DNA of 32,000 bases from Formosa sp. Hel1_33_131. Its GTDB lineage: Bacteria; Bacteroidota; Bacteroidia; Flavobacteriales; Flavobacteriaceae. The position numbers were made by a program, and so were the translations under genes. Shown here piece by piece: positions 19,708 to 27,800 of the stretch. Location: NCBI RefSeq assembly GCF_001735745.1, contig NZ_CP017260.1, positions 1,320,001-1,352,000 on the forward strand, written 5' to 3'. Within the stretch, counting starts at the first letter, position 1, and every line of letters starts with the position of its first letter. Below the pieces are notes generated by a model. The model had not been told where the DNA came from. It searched no databases and saw only the letters and a program-made list of their open reading frames with translations.

Positions 19708-20691
19708 CTATTCTTCCGTTTCTATATTCCACTTAATTTTTTTTAATCTTTCAGCTACTACTTTTAACGTTTTCATTATTTTATTCTCCGACGGAAATTC
19801 GCCAAAAACTAATTCCTTAAAACTGGTTTCATAAGTGTCTTTGACTTGATTCCAAGTATTTTCAGTTTCTGAAAACAGTATTGTGTTTATTGGATGGTTT
19901 GATAACCAACTATTATTGTTTTTAAAACTTATCACATCATCTTTTGCGACCTTTAAAAGCATTACATCAAATTCTTTTGAATTGAAAAAGGATTTAAGTT
20001 CATCGTCTTTTAACATCATATGAATATCGTATGTGTGTCTAATCTTATTGCTCAAATCAGTTATTGGTTGTTCTGTTTGAGAAAAACGAACCAAACTCAT
20101 CAGCTTTTCACATAGCGTTCTTTCAGTTCTTAATACTAAAACATCAAAAGGATTCATTTCGTATTGATTAATTATATCTTGTTGGTTAGCCTTCAACATC
20201 ATTTCATAAATGTAAGACGATATTGTTCCTGTAGTGTATGGCTCAAAATGCCCAAGCCAAGTAGATTCTACAATAATATTGTCTCTTACTTGTCCAAAAT
20301 CTCCATTAAAACTCTTTTCATAACTGTGAGCAGTTTTACGTATCATTCCCATTTTGTGAGTTATTCCTTCAACTTCTATCTCAGGAATTACTTTCGTAAC
20401 GCATTTTGAAATTTTTTTAATTTTAGATTTAAGTTGATTGTTTGTCTCTCCATCTTTTCTTAAAACTACTAAATCAATATCTTCTGAAAATCGGTCAATT
20501 AGCTGATTACATTTAGATAGGGCAGTACCTCCTTTAAAAACAGTTTCTTTTCCAATCTCACTGTTGAAAATAGCGTGTAAAGCAATTGTTACCCAATAAT
20601 CTTTTTCAATATAGATTTCTGGAATTCCCTTTTGTTGAGAAGTCGCAGTTATCGCATCTTGGAATAGTTCTTTATTTTCGTGTAGCTTCAT
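19708..20691 (-). CDS. abiEii: AbiEii/AbiGii-family nucleotidyltransferase toxin (type IV TA / abortive infection)
   Basis: The FKGGTALSKC...RFSEDIDLVV motif fits the DUF1814/AbiEii NTase fold. The ORF track starts at a TTG (20703). The ATG at 20691 (MKLHENKELF) forms an ATGA overlap with the upstream stop and is the more likely start. Confidence 0.8.
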   Translation of the reverse strand: MKLHENKELFQDAITATSQQKGIPEIYIEKDYWVTIALHAIFNSEIGKETVFKGGTALSKCNQLIDRFSEDIDLVVLRKDGETNNQLKSKIKKISKCVTKVIPEIEVEGITHKMGMIRKTAHSYEKSFNGDFGQVRDNIIVESTWLGHFEPYTTGTISSYIYEMMLKANQQDIINQYEMNPFDVLVLRTERTLCEKLMSLVRFSQTEQPITDLSNKIRHTYDIHMMLKDDELKSFFNSKEFDVMLLKVAKDDVISFKNNNSWLSNHPINTILFSETENTWNQVKDTYETSFKELVFGEFPSENKIMKTLKVVAERLKKIKWNIETEE

Positions 20692-21419
20692 ATAATATTC
20701 CAATTGGTTATAGTTGGTAGTATTTTTTTATCAATTCCGTAATTATATTCGGAAAGTGGATTAAGACTCTTTATTAATGTTTTTAATTCAGAGTCAATAA
20801 AAAAGTTTATTTGTTCTAATAAAGCACCTAAAAAAGCCCTCACTCTGGGTGGATAAGATAAAGCATAGTCAATGAGTTGTTTTATCTCTTTTGTGTTCAG
20901 TTTTTTTAGTTGATTCGAAATAATTTTGATTCCTGAATTCTTGTCTAAATCTGGTATTTTTTTAAAATCTTTGAGAGCATCTAAAGTTTCTAGCAGAGAG
21001 AAATTTTTATCTGTAACATCTACATAACTTTTTACTGGATTTCCTTTAATATTTCCAACTGATACTGTTATTCGTTTGTCTCTACTTGCAATTTTTATAT
21101 TTCTTGGTACTTGAGTTGTTAAACCCATTCGGTTGTATAAAGAAACACCTGTTATGTAAGCAATTCTTTTGTTGTTTTGGAATAAATAGGGTTTCAATAA
21201 CTCTTCTTCATTGGGTTTTAACTCTCCAAAAATGGTTTGTTTAGGTTTATAAAAAACTCCTGTAGAAACTCTTTTGATAATTCCTTTTTCAATTAAACGT
21301 TCAATTGCTTTCGCAGCTGCACTATATTCGTTTGATTCAATAGAAAGTTGTTGGTACTTGAAAGTAGTACCTTCTTTTAACGTTTTAATTTTATTTTCTA
21401 TTTTTTGAGCTACTTTCAT
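20688..21419 (-). CDS. abiEi: AbiEi-family antitoxin / transcriptional regulator (DUF6088-like wHTH)
   Basis: The N-terminal winged-helix-like region (YSAAAKAIERLIEKGIIKRVSTGVFYKP) and the gene size fit AbiEi partners of AbiEii. The gene sits directly upstream of the NTase and is translationally coupled to it. The probable start is the ATG at 21419 (MKVAQK); the track's TTG at 21437 lies inside the putative promoter. Confidence 0.7.
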   Translation of the reverse strand: MKVAQKIENKIKTLKEGTTFKYQQLSIESNEYSAAAKAIERLIEKGIIKRVSTGVFYKPKQTIFGELKPNEEELLKPYLFQNNKRIAYITGVSLYNRMGLTTQVPRNIKIASRDKRITVSVGNIKGNPVKSYVDVTDKNFSLLETLDALKDFKKIPDLDKNSGIKIISNQLKKLNTKEIKQLIDYALSYPPRVRAFLGALLEQINFFIDSELKTLIKSLNPLSEYNYGIDKKILPTITNWNII

Positions 21420-21426
21420 TGTGAAA

Positions 21427-21477
21427 CAAAAGTACAATATTTTAGTTATTTATCAAGTAAACGAAGCATAATACTTG
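21427..21477 (-). promoter_or_regulatory. Candidate abiE promoter (-33 TTG / -7 TACTTTTG) with overlapping inverted repeat
   Basis: On the minus strand, TTG (21456-21454) is followed by a 19-nt spacer and then TACTTTTG (21434-21427), ending 7 nt before the ATG at 21419. An inverted repeat, caagta (21454-21459) / tacttg (21472-21477), overlaps the -33 element. Confidence 0.4.
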
Positions 21478-21481
21478 ACAT

Positions 21482-22006
21482 TTAGTTCGATTGCTCTTGG
21501 TTCGGTTCAGATTTTATTAATTCTCGTGCAAAGTCGATGAATAATTTATATGCTTTGGTAAAAGAATATTTATCGTCTGGATGTTTAATCGCAATGTTCC
21601 TTTTCACCATAGTAGAACCAACTAACCTTTTAATACTATCAGCATCATTTAATTGTTTATTTGATTTTACAATATCAGACCAAGTACTGTTTTTTATGTA
21701 TTCTATTATTTCTTCAATATGAAAGTCCGAAAATCCCAATTCATCCATAAAATTCTTTCCGTCTTTGTCTAGTTCGTAGCAAAATATTGAGAAAAAGATA
21801 CTTATGTCACGAGAAGTGTTTTCGTTTGTTTCTTCGGAAATTAGGTAATAAAATTCTTGTGTGTTTTTTAATTCGAAACCAAAAGACTTCTCGAAAAACT
21901 CAATATAAAAATCTTGATATTCCTTTATAATATCGAAGTAAGAATCATCAATTGTTATAAATCTTCCATCCATTAAAGATGTAACTTTATGTTTATTTGG
22001 ATACAT
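21482..22006 (-). CDS. MksE/JetB-like small winged-helix protein (middle subunit of SMC-like/ABC defence complexes); orphan
   Basis: 174 aa. The pattern L.DGRFI..DD..F..I.EYQDFY..FF...GFEL.....FYYL, followed by ..Y.F......FIDF, recalls MksE/DUF4194 (JetB) and ABC-3C 'middle component' proteins. This assignment is from memory of family patterns, not a search. Confidence 0.45.
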   Translation of the reverse strand: MYPNKHKVTSLMDGRFITIDDSYFDIIKEYQDFYIEFFEKSFGFELKNTQEFYYLISEETNENTSRDISIFFSIFCYELDKDGKNFMDELGFSDFHIEEIIEYIKNSTWSDIVKSNKQLNDADSIKRLVGSTMVKRNIAIKHPDDKYSFTKAYKLFIDFARELIKSEPNQEQSN

Positions 22007-22313
22007 TTTCTTTTTTAGTGATTTTTAGTTTTGGCATTATCAACTCTCCTTGTTCTGTTTTAAAAGAAATATTTCGGTTCTCTTTGTCTTGCAGAACTTC
22101 ATAATCTACTTCAAAGATTAAACTTGTAACCATAAAATAGTTGTCAAAATCGAATTTCTTGTTTTCGTTTTCTAATGATGTTTTGCACCAAGTAAAAAAG
22201 TCATCAACAGGAAGTTTTAAGTTTAGTTGAGATTTGTATTCACTTTTATTGAAAATCCATTGCTCTACAATATCAGTTTCTTCTTCAATAAATACATCTT
22301 CTTCATTATTTCT
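21993..22313 (-). pseudogene. 5'-truncated ORF remnant overlapping the MksE-like start (possible kleisin/MksF-JetA-like or ABC-3C component C-terminus)
   Basis: I translated it by hand. There are 106 open codons (RNNEEDVFIEEETDIVEQWIFNKSEYKSQLNLKLPVDDFFTWCKTSLENENKKFDFDNYFMVTSLIFEVDYEVLQDKENRNISFKTEQGELIMPKLKITKKENVSK*). They begin directly after an in-frame TAA and only 8 nt below the stop of the T9SS gene. No ATG, GTG or TTG gives more than about 46 aa. The 3' end overlaps the downstream ATG by 14 nt, in the style of operon coupling. Confidence 0.4.
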
Positions 22314-22320
22314 TTACTTT

Positions 22321-23052
22321 TCACTTCTTTATAAATTTTTTCATTTCAATCCGTCCTAGCTTATCTTCAAACAAAATAAAATACAGCCCCTTTGACAGTT
22401 TTTCTACATTAAAAGATTCCGTTTTTAAATTTGAACGGTTTAATGATAAAACCCGTTTCCCATTTATATTAAAAATAGCGATACTAAAGTTGCTTAATCC
22501 TGCTATTTCGGAAATAAACAATTCATCTAATACAGGGTTCGGAGACACAGAAAACCTGTTTACTGAATACTCATGTGTGGATAATACCACACTCCCATAA
22601 ACCGTTTTATCTCCAGAGGAATTGCTAACGGTTAAAGTCTTGCTACCATCACTATTACTTAAAATAGAATACTCAAAAGGGTTGTTTACATTGTTGAAGT
22701 AGTAGTTGAAATACAGGGATTCATAATTAGCATTTGATGTTTGATAACACCCCCCTCCTAGGGTTTGAGCTAAACTAGTAAACATAAAATTTTGATTCAC
22801 ATCATCGTAATCAACTTCACCACCTAAGCTTTCGCATACCCAACTTGAAAAATAGTTATAGTTGTTCGTGTTTAAATTGTTCGTGTTTAAAGTTAAAGAA
22901 ATAGACATTACTTCACTATTAATTGGAGGTACATTATTTTGGGTATTAATGTTTAGGTTGTGTAAATACCAAGTGTTTTGAAACAATTGTGAATCTTGCG
23001 CTAAGCAACTTAGCGACATTCCGAGGAAAAGAATTAGGATGGTATTTTTCAT
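22321..23052 (-). CDS. Secreted protein with T9SS (Por) C-terminal sorting domain
   Basis: 243 aa with a signal peptide (MKNTILILFLGMSLSCLAQ) and an Asn-rich N-terminal domain with two Cys. The C-terminal ~75 aa (SPNPVLDELFI...IAIFNINGKRVLS...LSKGLYFILFED) match the T9SS type A sorting domain pattern. Confidence 0.75.
   Translation of the reverse strand: MKNTILILFLGMSLSCLAQDSQLFQNTWYLHNLNINTQNNVPPINSEVMSISLTLNTNNLNTNNYNYFSSWVCESLGGEVDYDDVNQNFMFTSLAQTLGGGCYQTSNANYESLYFNYYFNNVNNPFEYSILSNSDGSKTLTVSNSSGDKTVYGSVVLSTHEYSVNRFSVSPNPVLDELFISEIAGLSNFSIAIFNINGKRVLSLNRSNLKTESFNVEKLSKGLYFILFEDKLGRIEMKKFIKK
22862..22891. repeat. Perfect 15-bp tandem duplication (2 copies) inside the T9SS cargo gene
   Basis: ttgttcgtgtttaaa occurs at 22862-22876 and again at 22877-22891. 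The duplication is in frame and encodes LNTNN-LNTNN. Confidence 0.9.
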
Positions 23053-23168
23053 TTTAAATATATTTAAAGTGATACGGATATATCATCTTAATGATGTGTT
23101 TATTTCTTCTCTGCTATTAACCACATTGCTCGCGCTCCCACTTTTATATCAATGGGCTCCTCTCAGTA

Positions 23169-23286
23169 AATAATATCTAAAACTTCGGTTAAGTTGCTTC
23201 TTGAAGATTTAGACTTGGGGTCGAAATCAAGGATAAACTTACTAAAAAAATTGAAAGCTTCCAAAAAATTAAAAATTTTAACAGTT
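23169..23286. repeat. Copy A of a ~118-bp direct repeat
   Basis: aataatatctaaaacttcggttaagttgcttcttgaagatttagacttggggtcgaaatcaaggataaactta...ttttaacagtt aligns by eye to 24625-24741. The first ~80 bp match well (roughly 85-90%, with a few indels). The last ~35 bp are looser. Confidence 0.8.
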
Positions 23287-23461
23287 GGAGTGAGATTGCT
23301 TAAAAATAGAATGTAGCAACAGGCGATATTGTCTATTTCAATAGACATCTAAAAAATAAAGAACAAAATAAGCTTAATTGTGAAATTATGCCTAGAAAAT
23401 TATTGCACAAAATTTATCAAGAAAAGAGTTGTTTTTAGCTCAGTTCTTTGCTGGTATTATT

Positions 23462-24469
23462 TTATAGACCAATTCTTTTATTTATCTTTTTAAAAATTTT
23501 TTCAACTTTTTTTGGAGCATTAAATCTATACCCAAAATAAATTTTAATAAAAAACAGATCATTCGTAATATTGGTCATGCTATCTTCATTGTACCAAGTG
23601 GTTTCAAATTTAAGATTGGCTCCATAAATATACTTTCTAGAGCTATAGCCAATTTGTAACCCTCCGTCAAAAGATAAAGGCCAGTACACATTATTGTCGA
23701 TAAAATCTGTTTCGTTTTCTCCACTCTTTGAAAACCGAATACCAAAAGAAGGTGATGCATATAATGAAACAAACCAATTTTTGTGAATTACTGCAGTATA
23801 ATAGTATTCAGGAGCAATACCAATATCAAAACTATTTTCAAAGAATTTAGTACCCCCTGTAGTCCCAGATAAATGAGTATACCCATAACGCAAAGTCGGA
23901 ATAAAACTCCCAGCACTTTTTCGTTGCCACTCTGTGTTGTACGCTACATTCCTTAATGAAAAGTTTGGATTTAAAACGTAAGAGGTAGAGCCGCCCCAAA
24001 AAATAGTTTTAAGATCGGGAAATTGAATATACAAATCTTGTCCATCAATCCAGTTTGAAATAAAATCATTTGTGTTTTCAACATAAAAGCTTTGTACTTT
24101 TTTATATTTAATTCCTTGAGTCCAGTTTCCAAGAAAAAAACGAAAACTATAGTCTTTATAAGTTGATTTACCTTTTAAATTATTGTCATTGTTTCCTGGG
24201 AGAAATTCTGGAGAAAACCCAATGCTCGCACCAATAAATTCATAATCTAGTGATAATACCAGTCTAAATTGATTATTTGCAGAAAGGCGAAAGTTTGAAT
24301 CATTTTCTGATTGAATAGAATATGAGTCGGTTTGCGTATCGATATTTGCTTTTATAATAATTTTATCTGTGAAGGACAGTATAGACGTAGAATCTGTATT
24401 CCCTTTATTTTGACTTACAGCATTTGAAATGTTCAAAAGAAGGATTATTAAAAAGCTTATTTTATTCAT
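23462..24469 (-). CDS. Putative outer-membrane beta-barrel protein (DUF4421-like)
   Basis: 335 aa with a signal peptide. It has alternating amphipathic strands rich in Y/G/S/N and a C-proximal barrel-end motif (IKIYFGYRF). The size and N-terminal pattern recall the Bacteroidota DUF4421 family. Confidence 0.5.
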   Translation of the reverse strand: MNKISFLIILLLNISNAVSQNKGNTDSTSILSFTDKIIIKANIDTQTDSYSIQSENDSNFRLSANNQFRLVLSLDYEFIGASIGFSPEFLPGNNDNNLKGKSTYKDYSFRFFLGNWTQGIKYKKVQSFYVENTNDFISNWIDGQDLYIQFPDLKTIFWGGSTSYVLNPNFSLRNVAYNTEWQRKSAGSFIPTLRYGYTHLSGTTGGTKFFENSFDIGIAPEYYYTAVIHKNWFVSLYASPSFGIRFSKSGENETDFIDNNVYWPLSFDGGLQIGYSSRKYIYGANLKFETTWYNEDSMTNITNDLFFIKIYFGYRFNAPKKVEKIFKKINKRIGL

Positions 24470-24624
24470 TTGATATTCAGTTTAAAATTAATGTCAACGT
24501 GTTATATGGAGATTAAACCTCCTGTTTATAAGTTCTTATTTCTGGATAATATGTTATTATTATCCAAAACATCAGTTAGCACACCTGAATCTTTACACCT
24601 GTGCACACTGATAATTCACACTAA

Positions 24625-24741
24625 AATAATATCTTAAACTTCGGTTAAGCTGCTTATGAAGATTTAGATTTGGGTCAAAATCATGGTTAAACTTATAAAA
24701 AAACTCAGTTGTATCCAAAAATAAATGTGGTTTTAACAGTT
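24625..24741. repeat. Copy B of the ~118-bp direct repeat
   Basis: aataatatcttaaacttcggttaagctgcttatgaagatttagatttgggtcaaaatcatggttaaactta...ttttaacagtt. It is in the same orientation as copy A, 1456 bp away. The two copies bracket the beta-barrel gene. Confidence 0.8.
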
Positions 24742-24864
24742 TTTCATTCCTCGTTATTGGCTTAGTTTCGCTTCTCGCCCATCGCTATTTACACACATAT
24801 TCAAAAAAGTGCCTCCCTATATGGATTATTATTGTAATTTTATTCTCTCAAAACTTATCATCAA

Positions 24865-27800
24865 TTGGACGGTTTTCACAACATAGAACAAAAACTAGAG
24901 CATTTCATAAGACGTTATTATTTAAGCGCCTTATTGAAAGGTCTTCTGTTGTTTTTCGCTATTGGATTGCTCTATGTACTGCTACTGTTGAGTATTGAGC
25001 ATTTTTTCTGGCTGGGTTCTTCCGGTCGCTTGTTTTTATTTTACTGCGTTTTAGGTTTTGAAGCCCTTCTTTTTTATGGGTTTATTTTCATCCCCTTAGC
25101 AAAATATTTTAAGATCCAAAAAGGCATTGATCTTGAAACCGCCTCCAAGATTGTCGGCGATCATTTCCCAGAAGTGAAAGACAAGCTTTTAAATGTCCTT
25201 CAACTCAACCAACAATCCGAACACACCGAGTTTCTATTAGCAAGCATCGAACAAAAATCGAACAACCTAAGCTTAGTCCCTTTTAAAAGTGCGGTCAGTT
25301 TTAAGGAAAACCTTAAATATATTAGGTACGCTTTACTCCCCATTCTTATTGTATTTCTGTTTATTCTTTTTGGGAAACAAGCCGTGTTCACAGACAGCCT
25401 CAAACGCGTTGTCAATTATAATACCGCCTATGCACCTCCCGCTCCTTTTGAGTTTTTTATAATGAATACCAATCTGGAGGCTATCGAAAACACCTCTTTT
25501 ACGTTGGTTGCTAAAACCGTTGGAAAGTTCGTTCCAGAATCCGTTCAGATTGTTTATAACGATGAGGTTTATATATTAAATCAAACCGAATTGGGCGTTT
25601 TTGAATATGAGTTTTCACATCCCAATTCCCCTATTGATTTTAAATTAGTCACTACTGAGGTGGTTTCCAAGCCCTACCGTTTAGAGGTGTTGCCCATTCC
25701 TGTTTTGCTCAGTTTTGACATGTATTTAGACTATCCAACATATACAGGAAAATCAGATGAAAAAATTGCCAACAACGGAAATGCCACCATCCCAGAAGGC
25801 ACAAAGTTGAAATGGGAGTTGCGTACCAAGTCCACTGATACCGTTTCCTTTTCTTATAAAAATACAATCGCTTTTTTTGACCATAACGATCAAAAATTTC
25901 AATTCAGTAAACAAGTTTTTGAATCTTTGAATTATACAATTCAAACAAGCAACTCCAAGCTTAAAAACTACGAAAATCTTGCCTTTTCATTACAAACCAT
26001 CACAGACCAGTCGCCAGCTATTAAGGTGGAAATGAAACAAGATTCTACCTACCAAGCTTCTCTTTATTTTTATGGTCAAATCTCCGACGATTATGGAATT
26101 AAAGATTTGAAACTCTATTATTATCCAGTGGCAGATGCGTCTAACATCAACGAACTAAGCTTGCCGTCCAACACCACTACCTTTCAGGAGTTCACACATG
26201 CGTTTCCTTCTGGCTTAGAATTGATGGATGACACTCCCTACGCGCTTTACTTTGAGGTTTCCGACAACGACCCCTTCCACAAAACCAAAACCACTAGAAG
26301 CCGTGTTTTTAATTACAATTCTAAAAGTGAAAACACCATTCAAGAAATTCAACTTGAGGAACAAAGCGAATTGACCACTGCTTTTCAAAAGGCATTGAAC
26401 ACCCTGTCCGAACAAGACAAAAATTTGAATGAAATATCTCAAAATCAAAAAGAAAAGGAACAGCTTAATTTTAGCGATCAACAAAAATTAAAATCTTTTT
26501 TAGAGCGACAACAGGCCCAAGACAAGATGTTGAAGGAGTTCAATAAAAAAATGCAGGACAATCTAAATCAGTTTGAAAAATCAAAAGAGGAAGATCCGTT
26601 TAAAGAACAACTTGAAAAACGATTGGAAGCACAGCAAGAAGCGCTCGAAAAGGATGAGAAATTATTAGAAGAGCTAAAGAAAATCACCGATAAAATTAAC
26701 AAAGAAGAACTCGCCGATAAACTGGAAAAAATGGCGAAGAAGAACAAAAACAAACAACTCAGTTTAGAGCAGTTGTTAGAGCTTACAAAACGCTATTATG
26801 TAACCAAAAAATCCGAACAGCTTTTAGATAATTTGAATGAATTATCTAAAGAGCAGATGCAGTTGGCGGAGGAATCCGAAGAACAAAACACCAAAGAAGC
26901 CCAAGAAAAATTAAATGAAGAATTCAAGGAGCTTACAAAAGAACTAGACGATTTAAGAAAAGATAACGACGCTCTTGCAAAACCTCTTGAATTGCCAGAC
27001 GACCCAAATCTTGAAGAATCGATTGAAAAAGATCAGGAAAACGCAAGTGATGAGTTAGGCGAAAAAGAACAATCTCCCGACCCTCAGGAGCAAAAAGAGA
27101 AACTAAACAAGGCTCAAAAAAGTCAAAAGAAGGCTGCTCAGAAAATGCAGCAAATGAGTCAAAAAATGGCACAGCAAATGAGCAGCGGTGGCGGTCAGCA
27201 AATGAGTGAAGACATTGACTTGCTGCGTCAAATTCTGGATAATTTGCTTCTCTTTTCTTTTGATCAAGAATTGCTCATGAAGCGTTTTCAGGAATCCACC
27301 ACAAACACCACCGGGCACGCCAAGCGTCTTGTGAGGCAAAGTAATTTGCGCGAACACTTTGAGCATGTCGATGACAGTTTGTTTTCGCTATCCTTACGCC
27401 AGCCCATGATTTCGGAATCTATCAACAAAGAAATAACAGAAGTCTTTTTTAATATTGATAAAAGTCTCGAACTCCTCTCCGAAAACAGTTTTAGAGAAGC
27501 CATTGGTGCGCAACAATTTGCCATTACAGCCACCAACAAATTAGCGGATATGCTCAGCAACACACTGGACAATATGGAAATGCAGATGCAGATGTCTCCT
27601 GGACAAGGCGAGGGCGAAATGCAACTGCCAGACATTATCATGAGTCAAGAGGCACTCAGTAAGAAAATGGAAAAAGAGCTTGGTAAAAAGGGTGAAAAAT
27701 CTGAGGGCGAACAAGAAGGTTCTGAAAAAGGAGATGGGGAGCCAAAGAAGGAAGGTGAGGGTTCCAAAAAAGGAGAGCAAGGCCAAGAGGGCCAAGAAGG

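Noticed and set aside
21420-21437. TTG-initiated 'MYFCFT' extension of AbiEi
   Set aside because: It overlaps the TACTTTTG -7 box. The ATG at 21419 (MKVAQK) is the more plausible start.
23163-23348. 61-aa minus-strand ORF (MSIEIDNIACCYILFLSNL...)
   Set aside because: It has no recognisable domain. Its C-terminal half is simply repeat copy A, and the homologous copy B is not open in the same frame, so the repeat is probably non-coding.
24544-24565. Hairpin ggataata-tgttat-tattatcc as a possible intrinsic terminator
   Set aside because: It is an all-A/T-rich weak stem with no following U-tract and no upstream gene to terminate. It is better explained as an inverted pair of DnaA-box-like or operator half-sites.
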